Notes: generated by a model not told the origin, from the sequence alone. A stretch of 64,000 nucleotides of DNA from an uncultured archaeon (GCA_964632315.1 CAZWEM010000001.1:112060-176059); one strand, 5' to 3'; numbered from the stretch's first letter, positions 48,197 to 58,538 are shown. Program-made: numbers and translations.

Positions 48197-50089
48197 TTGG
48201 GTGCCGACGAAAATTCAGAACTTTTAGAACAACACCTCAAAATATTAAGTCAAAAGATTAGGCTTGAAATTTTGAAGAAAATCAGTATTAGTAACATGCC
48301 TTTAAGCTATTCAGTTCTCCAAAGAGAAGTCTTAGGAGAAAATTCTAATTCTACTAATTTTTCATTTCACCTTAAAATGCTGAAAAATCACGCTCTTATT
48401 GACCAAACAGAAGATGGCTATGAGATTACCCATCTAGGAAAGAGAATTGTAGGTACTTTACTTTCAATCGAGCAAATAATTAATGAACAAAATAAATCAA
48501 TAATGATTCGTACTTCAAAATATGCAACTGAGCCCTTTAATCTCCAGAAAGTGGAAACCTATCTAATTAATGAAGGCAAGATGGAAAAATATCATGCTAA
48601 ACAAATTGCTAAAGAAGTAAGTGAAAGAATTTCAAAGACGAAAATAGAGTATCTAACAACTCCACTAATGAGGGAATATATCAATGGAATACTTCTTGAA
48701 AATGGACTAGAAGAAGTACGCCATAGACTTACTCGACTTGGTATTCCTCCTGCTGAAGCATTCAAATTATTTAAAAATGATGCGATATCCCCTAATGAAT
48801 TTCTGATGAAACTTGGTTCAGTTACATCAGAAGAATTTCTTCTTTTAAATTTATTACCCAAAGAACTTGCGGATCTTTACCTTTCGAGTGAAATTGTACT
48901 GTTAAATCTGAGTACTTGGGGCTTAAAACCTCTTGCTTGCTACTCAGCTACGCAATTTTTAATAAATTTTTGTCCGAGTACTAGTTTTAAGGAGAATTAT
49001 GATAAACAAGACTTGTATCTCTTTATTAATAATTTTTTTAGGATAATTGACAAAATCCGTCCACTATTTTCCCAAGATCTCTTAATTGGAGGTTTCAATG
49101 ATATAATGTCAATAATAAATCAAAGTTCATCTAATTTATTATTTGACATATTAATCTCAGAAATTAAAAGGATAAATAGGCAAAGTCCTCAATTAAGTTT
49201 AGAATTTACAGATTCTGATTCTGGATTTAACGCTTTCAAACAATTCTTAAACCAATTCAAAGAACCTAATGAGATTCCTTTTATTATTCTAAATTCTTCA
49301 AATATGAGTTCTAAAATTATGAGAAAAATTTTCAATGAATTAGAGTTTGAAAAATTTTCCTCAAAATTTTTATTCAATAATGATAACAATCAGACTCTTT
49401 TAAATTCACTAACTATAGATGTGAGAAAATTTAATGAAAGTGAATCCCAAAATGACATAAAAATTGTGTTAGATAAAATTTTAATAAATTTACATGCCAT
49501 TGCGTTAAATTCTAATAAAAATGATGATGTATTTGAGAAAAATTTAATTGATAGGGTTAATAATTGTTTCGAACTGTTCGATGTTAAGCAAAGGTTAATA
49601 AGTAACAGATTAACTAATGGAGGCGAGAGGAATACTGTCATCTCGAAAGTGAATTTGCAAGATTCTATCAAAGCCATCAGTTTTTTCGGACTAAATGAAG
49701 CTGTGGAATTTCATTGCGGAATTGAACTTGATCGAACTAAAACGAGTGAAACTTTTGCGAGGAAGATATTAGATTTAATGTGTAGAATGATTCAAGAAGA
49801 AGTTAGTGCGTCTTCCAATAATTATGTTTTTAATCAACCCCATCCAGGATTATATTTAAAAACAATTTCAGATTCTATGAAAATAAATTTTAAAAATTCA
49901 CTCCAATCATCCTATTCTCCATGCATAACAAGGAAAAATGCAGAAATCTCTCTTGATAAGCAAATCAATGTCTTTAATAGACTAAAGGGTTATATGCATG
50001 GTGGCAATATATTTTATCTCCCAAAAGATGCAAAATTTGATTCAATTGATCTTTTAAATGACTCAAAAATGAGTTTTAGAGTTTTATGA
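48197..50089 (+). CDS. Winged-helix + ATP-cone + degenerate class III ribonucleotide reductase (NrdD-like) fusion
   Basis: ArsR-like HTH (IRLEILK...FSFHLKMLK...YEITHLG); ATP cone (IRTSK...EPFN..KV...LTTPLMREYINGILLE); NrdD-like RLGIP, KILINL..IA, ISFFGLNEAV, HGGNI. No C-terminal glycyl-radical loop. Confidence 0.7.
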   Translation: MGADENSELLEQHLKILSQKIRLEILKKISISNMPLSYSVLQREVLGENSNSTNFSFHLKMLKNHALIDQTEDGYEITHLGKRIVGTLLSIEQIINEQNKSIMIRTSKYATEPFNLQKVETYLINEGKMEKYHAKQIAKEVSERISKTKIEYLTTPLMREYINGILLENGLEEVRHRLTRLGIPPAEAFKLFKNDAISPNEFLMKLGSVTSEEFLLLNLLPKELADLYLSSEIVLLNLSTWGLKPLACYSATQFLINFCPSTSFKENYDKQDLYLFINNFFRIIDKIRPLFSQDLLIGGFNDIMSIINQSSSNLLFDILISEIKRINRQSPQLSLEFTDSDSGFNAFKQFLNQFKEPNEIPFIILNSSNMSSKIMRKIFNELEFEKFSSKFLFNNDNNQTLLNSLTIDVRKFNESESQNDIKIVLDKILINLHAIALNSNKNDDVFEKNLIDRVNNCFELFDVKQRLISNRLTNGGERNTVISKVNLQDSIKAISFFGLNEAVEFHCGIELDRTKTSETFARKILDLMCRMIQEEVSASSNNYVFNQPHPGLYLKTISDSMKINFKNSLQSSYSPCITRKNAEISLDKQINVFNRLKGYMHGGNIFYLPKDAKFDSIDLLNDSKMSFRVL

Positions 50090-50091
50090 TT

Positions 50092-51012
50092 TTAATTTAG
50101 CAATAACTCTGCCAAAATTGCCATTCGCATTGGAATACCATAGTAAGTTTGTTTGAAATAAATTGATTTCTCTGAATCATCGACTTCTGGTGAAATCTCA
50201 GTAACTCTCGGTAATGGATGCATTAATCTAAATTTATCTTTAGTTTCCACTAAATCTTCTTTACTAAATATAAATGCGTCCTTAACTCTTTCATACTCTT
50301 CAATGTCTGCAAATCTCTCTTTTTGAATCCGTGTCATGTATAAGATATCTAAAACATTCAAAATATCCCTATACTTTGTTATTTCTTTATACTTAACATT
50401 TCGGAGCTGAAGCAAATCTTTATCGCGATGTCTGAGCATCAATTCCTTTGGACTGATAAAGTAGATATTAACATCAAAATTAGACAATAAAACCGCAAGG
50501 GAATGCACTGTTCGGCCATATTTTAAATCTCCCATAATCCCAATATTTAAACCATCTAATTCATGCCCTTCTTGCGTGATTGTCAATAAATCAAGTAAAG
50601 CTTGAGTGGGATGTTCACCACTACCCGATCCTGCATTGATAATTGGCACTTTAGAAAACTTAGATGCTAAAATAGCTGCTCCTTCAAGATTATGACGAAT
50701 AACAATACCATCACTATAATTTTCTACGGTTCTAATTGTATCGGCTATGCTTTCGCCTTTTTTGATTGAAGATACATCTCCTGAATGGAATCCAATTACA
50801 TTTCCTCCCAATCTATACATTGCCGACTCAAAACTTAGACGAGTTCTTGTGGATGGTTCGAAAAATAAGGTTGCTAGAATTTTTCCGTTTAAAAGTTGTG
50901 ATTTATTATGATTTCTAATCATTTCTCTTGCTTTCTTTAAGAGATATTCGATATCATCTCTTGTAAAATCCCTAGCAGAAATAATTCCTTCCTTAAATTT
51001 ATCTTTGAACAT
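50092..51012 (-). CDS. pyrB: Aspartate carbamoyltransferase catalytic subunit (start set at MFKDKF)
   Basis: FFEPSTRTRLSF, HPTQALLD, GDLKYGRTVHSL, RIQKER, MHPLPR. Confidence 0.96.
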   Translation of the reverse strand: MFKDKFKEGIISARDFTRDDIEYLLKKAREMIRNHNKSQLLNGKILATLFFEPSTRTRLSFESAMYRLGGNVIGFHSGDVSSIKKGESIADTIRTVENYSDGIVIRHNLEGAAILASKFSKVPIINAGSGSGEHPTQALLDLLTITQEGHELDGLNIGIMGDLKYGRTVHSLAVLLSNFDVNIYFISPKELMLRHRDKDLLQLRNVKYKEITKYRDILNVLDILYMTRIQKERFADIEEYERVKDAFIFSKEDLVETKDKFRLMHPLPRVTEISPEVDDSEKSIYFKQTYYGIPMRMAILAELLLN

Positions 51013-51173
51013 TATCATATCAAGTATAAGGTTTAGTAAAATTATGTAAATAAGATTTAAATTGTTTGTTATTAAATCCGTCTTATTCATTTAGTAAATA
51101 TGAGGACTCTAAAAAAGTTTAAAATTTATGGATTATTAAAATAGTTAATTCAATAGCTTATATCTCTCGAAAA

Positions 51174-51455
51174 ATGAAGTACCCACGAACAATAAATAGG
51201 TATTGTCCAAAATGCCGTCAACATACAACCCATAATGTCTCTCTCTATAAGAAAGGAAAAGAGAGAATGATGAATCACGGAAGAAGAAGAGTAGAAAGAA
51301 AAAAGAAGGGTTATGGGTCCTTTCCAAAAGAGATCTTTCACAAGAACGCAAAAATTAACAAAAGATCCTTACCCATACTTGAATGTTCCGAATGTGGTAA
51401 AAAACAATATGCTAAATCATATCGAGTAAAAAAATTTGAATTACAAGAAGTATAA
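51174..51455 (+). CDS. rpl44e: 50S ribosomal protein L44e (eL42)
   Basis: YCPKCRQHTTH, KGYGS, ECSECGK. Confidence 0.95.
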   Translation: MKYPRTINRYCPKCRQHTTHNVSLYKKGKERMMNHGRRRVERKKKGYGSFPKEIFHKNAKINKRSLPILECSECGKKQYAKSYRVKKFELQEV

Positions 51456-51466
51456 GGTAAAAAAAT

Positions 51467-51673
51467 ATGCCCAGAAAAAAAAATCCCCCTGAATTGATCC
51501 CACAGCCAAATAGCCGGTTTTTAAGGGTCAAATGCTTAAATTGTGGAAATCAACAAATAATTTTTGGTTGTTCTGCTACTGATGTTGAATGTTTAGTCTG
51601 TGGAAAGACTATTTTGCAATCAACTGGTGGTAAAGCCCGAATTCTCACGAAAATTTTAGAAGTGCTTTCTTAG
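51467..51673 (+). CDS. rps27e: 30S ribosomal protein S27e
   Basis: [25 protein letters not shown]. Confidence 0.95.
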   Translation: MPRKKNPPELIPQPNSRFLRVKCLNCGNQQIIFGCSATDVECLVCGKTILQSTGGKARILTKILEVLS

Positions 51674-51713
51674 TTTACGTAAAACGTAGTATTTTGAGAT
51701 GCGATTTATTTTT

Positions 51714-51739
51714 TTTCGTGAAAGGCTTGTTTCACGAAA
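51714..51739. terminator. Perfect 10-bp inverted repeat between convergent rps27e and tfs
   Basis: TTTCGTGAAA-ggcttg-TTTCACGAAA, flanked by T/A runs. Confidence 0.5.
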
Positions 51740-51780
51740 TTTTATCCATATGAGAGTAATACATTAATTTTTAAATCTAC

Positions 51781-52119
51781 TTAGTATTCACGCCAGGTAT
51801 GTTTACACTTTGTACATTTGAAAAATGAGGTACTTGGTTCATCTGCACTTCTGGTTTGTTCCTGCCATGCTTCTGCTTCTTTATTATTACATTTAGGACA
51901 GATTTTTGATACAACAGGATGGACAGAGATCTTATCTTCTTCTTTAACGATTATTAAATTTTTTTTTAATGCACTTTTTTTTCTTTCAATTTGTCTAGAT
52001 AAATCTTTATCATCAATAATTTCTTCCTCTTTAAATCCACAACGACAAATTAATACATACTTTCCATCAATTTTAGTTCTGCGTAGGATGTTTGAGCATT
52101 CAGGACAAAATTTAACCAT
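51781..52119 (-). CDS. tfs: Transcription factor S (TFS)
   Basis: Two Zn ribbons (FCPEC; CPKC...CTKC) with the acidic hairpin QTRSADEP. Confidence 0.93.
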   Translation of the reverse strand: MVKFCPECSNILRRTKIDGKYVLICRCGFKEEEIIDDKDLSRQIERKKSALKKNLIIVKEEDKISVHPVVSKICPKCNNKEAEAWQEQTRSADEPSTSFFKCTKCKHTWREY

Positions 52120-52204
52120 GATAGTAGGAATCCGATTAACAAAATTCTTTAATGAGTCAAAAGTGATATCTCTAAAAAAGTTTGTTATTAAAGACTTTAA
52201 ATTT

Positions 52205-52546
52205 TTAAATTAAATCTTTTTTTAGTTCATAAATTTTAGTATAATTTGCAAAATTAAGACCATTCATGTTTTGAATGAATTGGCTTTTAAGTTTTAACTC
52301 TCCTTCCATTGTTGGTTCAATCACTGCATATACATTAATCAAATCATCTTTCTGGTAAGAAAAGTTTTCATTCTCAAGCTCTACCCTTAATTCTCCAGTT
52401 TTGTCTGTAAGTACAAAAGATGTTTGATCTGTTATTTCTTTAATATATCCCAAAATTTGTACACTATTTCCTATATCTTCGTTCCTAAGATCCTTAATCA
52501 TCATTCGCTTAGCGCTATTCTTTTCATTGGGTTGACTTTCTTCCAC
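52205..52546 (-). CDS. Small OB-fold protein, RPA14/RPA3-like
   Basis: AKRMMIKDL..VQILG...LTDKTG...INVYA...FIQNMNGLN plus a C-terminal helix, the layout of the small archaeal RPA subunit. Confidence 0.65.
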   Translation of the reverse strand: MEESQPNEKNSAKRMMIKDLRNEDIGNSVQILGYIKEITDQTSFVLTDKTGELRVELENENFSYQKDDLINVYAVIEPTMEGELKLKSQFIQNMNGLNFANYTKIYELKKDLI

Positions 52547-52717
52547 CTTCTATTCACACACACTCAGAATAATTTTAAAATTCCATGGCGTCTATAAATA
52601 ATTAAGTCATAGATTTAAATTAAGGATTATTAAACCTCTAATACCGAATTTTATATATTTTGGTAATAAAACTTTATTAACACGTATGATAAAAACTTAA
52701 AAAAATAAGGATAAAGT

Positions 52718-53536
52718 ATGTCATTTTCATTAAAATTTAGCAATAATAGGGTTATAAATGTAATTATTGATACAATAGCGAGTATTATTGATGAAACGAG
52801 ATTTAAGCTCTCTTCTGAAGGTTTCGTTATTGTAGCCATTGACCAGAGTGGTATTTGCCTTTTAAAATTAGTCATTGGGAAAGAAAAATTTCAAGAATAC
52901 AAATGTGATAAAGATTTTAATATTTGGTTAAACATTGATGGATTAGATAAGATCCTCAAGAGAAGCAATTCTCAAGATTCAATCGAATTATCATACAAGG
53001 AAAATGATAATAAAATTAAAATAAAGATGGAAAGACCAGGACCAAGTCAAAAAACATTAACAAGAACTTTCAGCTTAGCATTACTGCAGGCAGAAGAAGA
53101 GGAAATTTCTATCGATGGATTGTTTGAAATTGAATATAATTCTACTTGGGAGATTGAACCAGATTTTCTTGTAGAAGCAATTAAGGATGCCGAGATATAT
53201 TCTGAAATCCTTAATGTTAAAGCAATTGAAAATGAAGGCTTACAATTCACTTCTATCGGAGAGATTGGTGAAATGGAATATAATCTCGACTTGGAAGATC
53301 TTACAATTCAAAAAATTGAAGAAAGTTGTACTGGATCATACAGTCTTACATTCTTGAAAGCAATATTAAAATTAACCTCAATTGAAGATGTCAAAGTTGA
53401 TATGTCCTTAAAAACCGATCATCCACTCAAAATTATTTTTGATATGGATGACGGAGGCAAATTAAGCTTTTTCCTAGCACCCAGAGTTGAAGATGAAGAC
53501 ATCGACGACGATGAGTATGATACTGACGAATTTTAA
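52718..53536 (+). CDS. pcn: PCNA sliding clamp with acidic C-terminal tail
   Basis: IIDE..F, AIDQSGICL, YSLTFL, HPLKI, FFLAPRVE. Confidence 0.95.
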   Translation: MSFSLKFSNNRVINVIIDTIASIIDETRFKLSSEGFVIVAIDQSGICLLKLVIGKEKFQEYKCDKDFNIWLNIDGLDKILKRSNSQDSIELSYKENDNKIKIKMERPGPSQKTLTRTFSLALLQAEEEEISIDGLFEIEYNSTWEIEPDFLVEAIKDAEIYSEILNVKAIENEGLQFTSIGEIGEMEYNLDLEDLTIQKIEESCTGSYSLTFLKAILKLTSIEDVKVDMSLKTDHPLKIIFDMDDGGKLSFFLAPRVEDEDIDDDEYDTDEF

Positions 53537-53640
53537 ACTTTTTCATTTATTTAGAAATCTTCCTTAGTCATGAAATTTTTTAACTTAAAAATTTTTTAAT
53601 TTAGCGTCTATTAACTAACCTATGTAGAGTTGCATATAAT

Positions 53641-54831
53641 TTGAGCATCCCTTATGAATTAGTTCAACGTTATCCTTGGTTACCCTCAAAAAATGACTAC
53701 TACTCAGATATCGCTTCAAGGGAACCCACAGCATTCATTAAAGATGTCTTGATCAAGTACTCAAACGGAGAACTTGAAGCTCGAACTTTTGACATCTTCA
53801 AATCTGCTTTCCAAAACTTAGAGGAGATACGAGATTATCGAGACGATGAATTGAATGTGTATCTTTACACAATATTAAAGATTCTATTGTATGTTTTAAA
53901 TAACAAACTGATCGCAAATCGAATTGCAAACATATATTCAAAACACTCATTTAAGCTACTAGAAAATGAAAGCGACTACAATATATATGAAATATGCAAA
54001 GATCTAGATATTAATTTTCAGTATTATCAGAAACCCATAGAATACAAGCTCATAATCGATAAAAATTTTACTTCATCAAAAAAGGCACACTTCAGCTTAT
54101 ACTTTATAGATTATCTCAAATTAGCATCAGGTTTAAGGGATGATGAAAGAAAGTTACTTCATAATGCATTGGAAAAGGGGCAAGTTTTTCTTCGCAAAAA
54201 AGAATTATCTCGCTTATTACAAGAACTAGTTAGAAAAAAATTAATCATTGAAGAAAATACTGACGTAGCTAGCATTGAGGCATTTAAGAAGAAACTCCTC
54301 AAGATAAAAGAAATTGAGGATTTATATGAAAATATTTTAAATGAATGGGAATTGAAGAAAGAAGATTTTGAATATTCATTTGAACTTCAAACATATCAGG
54401 GTAAAGAGTTAAAAGAGAGTTTTCCGCCTTGTGTTAAAGAGATATTTAGAAAGATTGATGAAGGTCAAAATGTTATTCATATAGAGAGATTATTTTTAGT
54501 GTTTTACCTACATGCATTACAATTTTCAATTGATGACATCGTTAACCTTTTTACAAAATTACCTGATTTTGATCGAAAACAAACGGAATATCAAGTAGAA
54601 TTTGCTAAAAAGAAAGGTTATTCTCCTCATTCGTGTTCTACCTTGAAATCTTTAGGCTTATGTAAAGCCAAAGAATACCATGATAAACTTTGTTTAGAGG
54701 GATATCATTCAAAAAAATATGATGAGCAAAGAAAAATACAGCATCCTCTTTTTTATCTTCAAATGAAGCAATATCAAAAATTTAAGCCAAAAGTTAAACA
54801 AAAAGGGGATAAGAAGGCAAATGCAAACTAA
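53641..54831 (+). CDS. priL: DNA primase large subunit
   Basis: RYPWL, FPPCV, ERLFL, LPDFD...T.YQV, YSPHSCSTL...LC...C, HPL. Confidence 0.92.
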   Translation: MSIPYELVQRYPWLPSKNDYYSDIASREPTAFIKDVLIKYSNGELEARTFDIFKSAFQNLEEIRDYRDDELNVYLYTILKILLYVLNNKLIANRIANIYSKHSFKLLENESDYNIYEICKDLDINFQYYQKPIEYKLIIDKNFTSSKKAHFSLYFIDYLKLASGLRDDERKLLHNALEKGQVFLRKKELSRLLQELVRKKLIIEENTDVASIEAFKKKLLKIKEIEDLYENILNEWELKKEDFEYSFELQTYQGKELKESFPPCVKEIFRKIDEGQNVIHIERLFLVFYLHALQFSIDDIVNLFTKLPDFDRKQTEYQVEFAKKKGYSPHSCSTLKSLGLCKAKEYHDKLCLEGYHSKKYDEQRKIQHPLFYLQMKQYQKFKPKVKQKGDKKANAN

Positions 54832-56110
54832 ACTTTTTTTGAAAAATCTTTTTAAGGCTTATTATAAAGAAAATTCGAAAAATATTCCAGAAGTCAGTCA
54901 ATTTCATCAAAGGGAATTTGCTTTTTTACCTTGGGAAAAGCAAATGATGAGAAGGCACCTTCAATTTACAGAATTAGATAAATTCAGAGAATATTTGATA
55001 AAAAATGCTCCTATGCATTCATATTGTAGCGGAGCTACCTATTCAACTCCTGACAATCTGCAAATGCAAGATAAGGGATATCTAGGATGTGATTTATTAT
55101 TTGATATTGATGTAGATCATTTTTATACTCCTTGCAAGGATAAACATGATTTATGGCAATGTAAAGAATGTGGCGAGTCAGGAAAAGGGATGATTGAAAA
55201 GTGCCCTAAATGCGGAAAATTTAAAATTACTCGATTATCCTGGGTATGTGAAGAGTGTCTTAATGTAGCAAAAAACGAAATTATAAAGCTAGTAAATAAT
55301 TTTTTAGTCCCAGATTTCTCCATCAACGAAGATTTCATGCATATTGCTTTTTCTGGGCATCGAGGGTATCATTTAAAGATTGAAGATCCAAAGTTAAGAT
55401 ATTTAACTAGTGATGAACGGAGAGATATTGTAGATTACATCACGGGAGAGAATCTTTCATTTGAATTATTAGGATTAAATGAAAAATCAAGTGGTACGAT
55501 TTTTGGTCTATTGAAAGAAAATAAAGGATGGTCACGAAAAATAATGCAAAAACTTGAAGAACTTCTCACTCAAGATGATCACTACTTGGAGTATTTCCTG
55601 AGAGATCATAATAAAGCCAATTTGAATCACAATTTGGTTAAAAGTTTTTTGAATTATAAAAAGGAATTTTTATCAAATATCACTAGTAAGGAGAATAAAA
55701 GAGCTATTTGGGCTATTGAAGGGTTTACTTTACATAAATGGAAGATCCTACTTAAAGCAATTGTGAATGAAATTGGCGTGGAAGTTGATGAGCCTGTTTC
55801 CATAGATATTCACCGGCTTATTCGATATCCTGGATCTTTGCATGGGAAAACGGGATTTAAAGTTCAAGAATTAAATTATGAAGAACTCTTAAATTTTAAT
55901 CCACTAAATGAACCTAATCCTGAAAATGATCCTATCGTTTTTGAAAGTAAAAAAAAAATGACTCAAAAGGTCCAAATTACCAAAGATTTAGTGCCCAAAA
56001 CAAATATCAAAGGAGAAACTTATGGGGAATACACTTTAGGTGAGCAAATCGAGATCCCTCATCACGTGGCAGTTTTCTTATTATCTAAAGGTGTAGCAAA
56101 AATAATTTAA
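54821..56110 (+). CDS. priS: DNA primase small (catalytic) subunit with Zn-ribbon insertion
   Basis: QREFAF, DLLFDIDVDH, FSGHRGYH, DEPVSIDIHRLIRYPGSLHGKTG. Confidence 0.95.
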   Translation: MQTKLFLKNLFKAYYKENSKNIPEVSQFHQREFAFLPWEKQMMRRHLQFTELDKFREYLIKNAPMHSYCSGATYSTPDNLQMQDKGYLGCDLLFDIDVDHFYTPCKDKHDLWQCKECGESGKGMIEKCPKCGKFKITRLSWVCEECLNVAKNEIIKLVNNFLVPDFSINEDFMHIAFSGHRGYHLKIEDPKLRYLTSDERRDIVDYITGENLSFELLGLNEKSSGTIFGLLKENKGWSRKIMQKLEELLTQDDHYLEYFLRDHNKANLNHNLVKSFLNYKKEFLSNITSKENKRAIWAIEGFTLHKWKILLKAIVNEIGVEVDEPVSIDIHRLIRYPGSLHGKTGFKVQELNYEELLNFNPLNEPNPENDPIVFESKKKMTQKVQITKDLVPKTNIKGETYGEYTLGEQIEIPHHVAVFLLSKGVAKII

Positions 56111-56171
56111 GTTAAAATTTTATTTCTTTACAAATAGATAATCATATACAATAAAACCTTAATAATTTCGA

Positions 56172-56852
56172 ATGGATTTAAAAAAAGACTATCAAGAGCT
56201 CTATAAACGCTGGTTAAAAGAAATTAATGATAAAGAGATTTCCAGATTTAACCAAGAAGAATACATGAAAATGAAAGATATCTTGATAAAAATCAAGGAT
56301 TTGAACACTATTGATAAAAATCAAATTGAGACTCAATTGATCGAAAATTTTCAAACAAATATCTCATTTATGATTGAAGACTTTATGGCTGTACGTAAAT
56401 TGAAAATCATCAATTCTGCCTTAATAATGGAAGATATAAATCTCGAAAATTTAATTGAAATAGAAAGATTACTTTATCAGAATTTAGTAAGTACTTTTAA
56501 GGGTTTTGATAAAAATAGTTCCTTAATTTATTCAAAAGATGCTATAGATATAGAAAATTTATCCCATATTACACCTAAATCCTCTCTAGAAAATAATCAA
56601 TTTGAGATGCTTCCTGAGGTTAAAGAAACTTCAACCATCAAAGCAAATAGTGAAATAAAATCAGAAACTTTAGAAGTAGATATCGAATATGATTATACTC
56701 TCATTAGAATCAAAAAAGAAGCGCCTGAATTAATCGGACTTGATTTGAGAATTTACGGACCTTTCCAAAAGGAAGATATAGTGAACCTTCCAAGAAAGAA
56801 TGCTAGAATTTTGGTAAACGAAAAGTTCGCAGAGTATTTTGAGGTCTCTTAA
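56172..56852 (+). CDS. GINS complex subunit (Gins15/Gins51 type)
   Basis: Helical A domain (RKLKII...E..LY), linker, B domain IGLDLRIYGPF..EDIVNLP..NA..LV; follows priS. Confidence 0.85.
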   Translation: MDLKKDYQELYKRWLKEINDKEISRFNQEEYMKMKDILIKIKDLNTIDKNQIETQLIENFQTNISFMIEDFMAVRKLKIINSALIMEDINLENLIEIERLLYQNLVSTFKGFDKNSSLIYSKDAIDIENLSHITPKSSLENNQFEMLPEVKETSTIKANSEIKSETLEVDIEYDYTLIRIKKEAPELIGLDLRIYGPFQKEDIVNLPRKNARILVNEKFAEYFEVS

Positions 56853-57046
56853 TCTCTTAGATCCTCAAATCTTCTTTTAAATTCATCCTTAAAATATTCT
56901 CGGCGATATTTCCCATATTTATCTATTGGGGAATACTTTGGAGGCTTGGGGTTAATTAGTTTCCCTCCACATCTACCACATTTTAATTTCGGATTATATA
57001 GTCCATATTCATGACAATCCTTGCATTTTAATAAGTATTTTACCAT
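56849..57046 (-). CDS. nop10: H/ACA RNP protein Nop10
   Basis: KCKDC..Y.L...CGRCGG...PKPPKYSPIDKYGKYR. Confidence 0.92.
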   Translation of the reverse strand: MVKYLLKCKDCHEYGLYNPKLKCGRCGGKLINPKPPKYSPIDKYGKYRREYFKDEFKRRFEDLRD

Positions 57047-57057
57047 GATTTACTCCC

Positions 57058-57882
57058 TTAATTTCTAATGAGTTCAAAAGAACCGTTATATTTCCCTGTC
57101 TTAGATTCTAATATCTCTACAGCATCAGATAGAATGTTTTCTGCATCTAAATAATCTTTTGATATAACTTCAATTTTATAAAAAGGAGCTCCAATATAAG
57201 AAATATCCAATTTACGGGTATCTCGAGGATTTTTAATTAACTTTTTTATATTTGAAAATGTATCCTTTATTTTCTCTATACCATCTCCATCAGTGTACAT
57301 CAATTTAATCTTACCAGATATTTTAACAGTTGCTATTTCGACATTCTCGTCAACGATTTTTAAAAAAGCCTCTTTGACATTTTCTGGAATAGAAGGGAGA
57401 TTCTGAAAAATTTGTTCACCATTTTCCTTTAATGCTTCGATTGCTTCCTGATAATAATCAAAAAAATCCAATATCGGCCACCCTACTTGTTCATATGCCT
57501 CATCTAAACTCATTTTAATCCCTTCAGTTTCAGTTAAGAATTGCAAGAGATTCTCAAACTTTACGGCATACTTTCTTTCTTTCAATACCTTCTTTTTTTG
57601 AGCTGAATTTACTCTTCTTAAAGATAGATCGATATGACCCTTCGATGGATCAACCCTCAAAACACGGCATACAATTATTTGTCCAATTCTCACATAATTA
57701 CGAATATTTTTAATCCAACGACTAGATACTTCACTCACGTGAATCATCCCACGTGCTTGTTTTTCTGATGGTAAACCAGCATAATCAGCTAAATCTACAT
57801 AAATATATTGCTGTTCAAGGTTCACTGCTCTCCCAACCACGAAATCTCCTTCGCTTGGAAATGGTTTTTTGATTTTTACCAT
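57058..57882 (-). CDS. eif2a: Translation initiation factor 2 alpha subunit
   Basis: S1 domain with HVSEVSSRWIKNIR, KGHIDLSLRRV, YIGAPFYKI. Confidence 0.95.
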   Translation of the reverse strand: MVKIKKPFPSEGDFVVGRAVNLEQQYIYVDLADYAGLPSEKQARGMIHVSEVSSRWIKNIRNYVRIGQIIVCRVLRVDPSKGHIDLSLRRVNSAQKKKVLKERKYAVKFENLLQFLTETEGIKMSLDEAYEQVGWPILDFFDYYQEAIEALKENGEQIFQNLPSIPENVKEAFLKIVDENVEIATVKISGKIKLMYTDGDGIEKIKDTFSNIKKLIKNPRDTRKLDISYIGAPFYKIEVISKDYLDAENILSDAVEILESKTGKYNGSFELIRN

Positions 57883-58046
57883 TGAAAATCCACTTTTTTA
57901 AAGATAATTAATTTTATAATTTCTGATAGACTGTATAGTATTATCTAATATCCTATAGCTTTTTATTTTTACCTTCATGCCTAAACCTTTTTATTTTTTG
58001 AGCACTTTATTTTTTGAATATTATTTAAAATCGATTCATATCAAAA

Positions 58047-58484
58047 ATGCCAAATTGGGAGATTCATAATAAGTGGACATCTAAGGCAGGTATAGATCCC
58101 CTAATCGCCAATTTTGTCGATCGAAATATAGATTATGGAACAGAATGGGCTTTTAATGAAAATCAGCAATTTGATGAAGAATTAGATGAGCCTATCTCCC
58201 TTCGCCAATTAAAGTTTTTCTATAAAAAAGATTTAGAGAAAAAATATAGTAATGATCTTCTATACGTGAAAGCTTATTATTTACATCACTTACTTGATTT
58301 TCTTAAGGAAACTCGCTTTAGTTTAAATGATTTGGACAAAATTTTTTTCGAATTCTTGAAGAAGAAAGTGTTCCGAGAGGTCTTAAATGAAAAAAATGAA
58401 AAGATCACATTTGATAAGCAAATACAAGAGATTCGAGTGATTATTGAGAAGAATAAAGAAGAATTAATAAATGATTTGAAGTAA
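58047..58484 (+). CDS. Hypothetical protein, possible metal-dependent hydrolase
   Basis: N-terminal PxWxxH, a DxxxD segment and LHHLLD, a pattern seen in helical Zn-dependent hydrolases. Confidence 0.45.
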   Translation: MPNWEIHNKWTSKAGIDPLIANFVDRNIDYGTEWAFNENQQFDEELDEPISLRQLKFFYKKDLEKKYSNDLLYVKAYYLHHLLDFLKETRFSLNDLDKIFFEFLKKKVFREVLNEKNEKITFDKQIQEIRVIIEKNKEELINDLK

Positions 58485-58538
58485 AATACTTATTCGATTA
58501 GGACATATTCAGTAATTATGAATCATTAAATTGATTAT

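Noticed and set aside
51013-51090. Hydrophobic N-terminal extension of PyrB
   Set aside because: AT-rich promoter DNA of the divergent pyrB/rpl44e region read in frame; PyrB similarity starts near MFKDKF.
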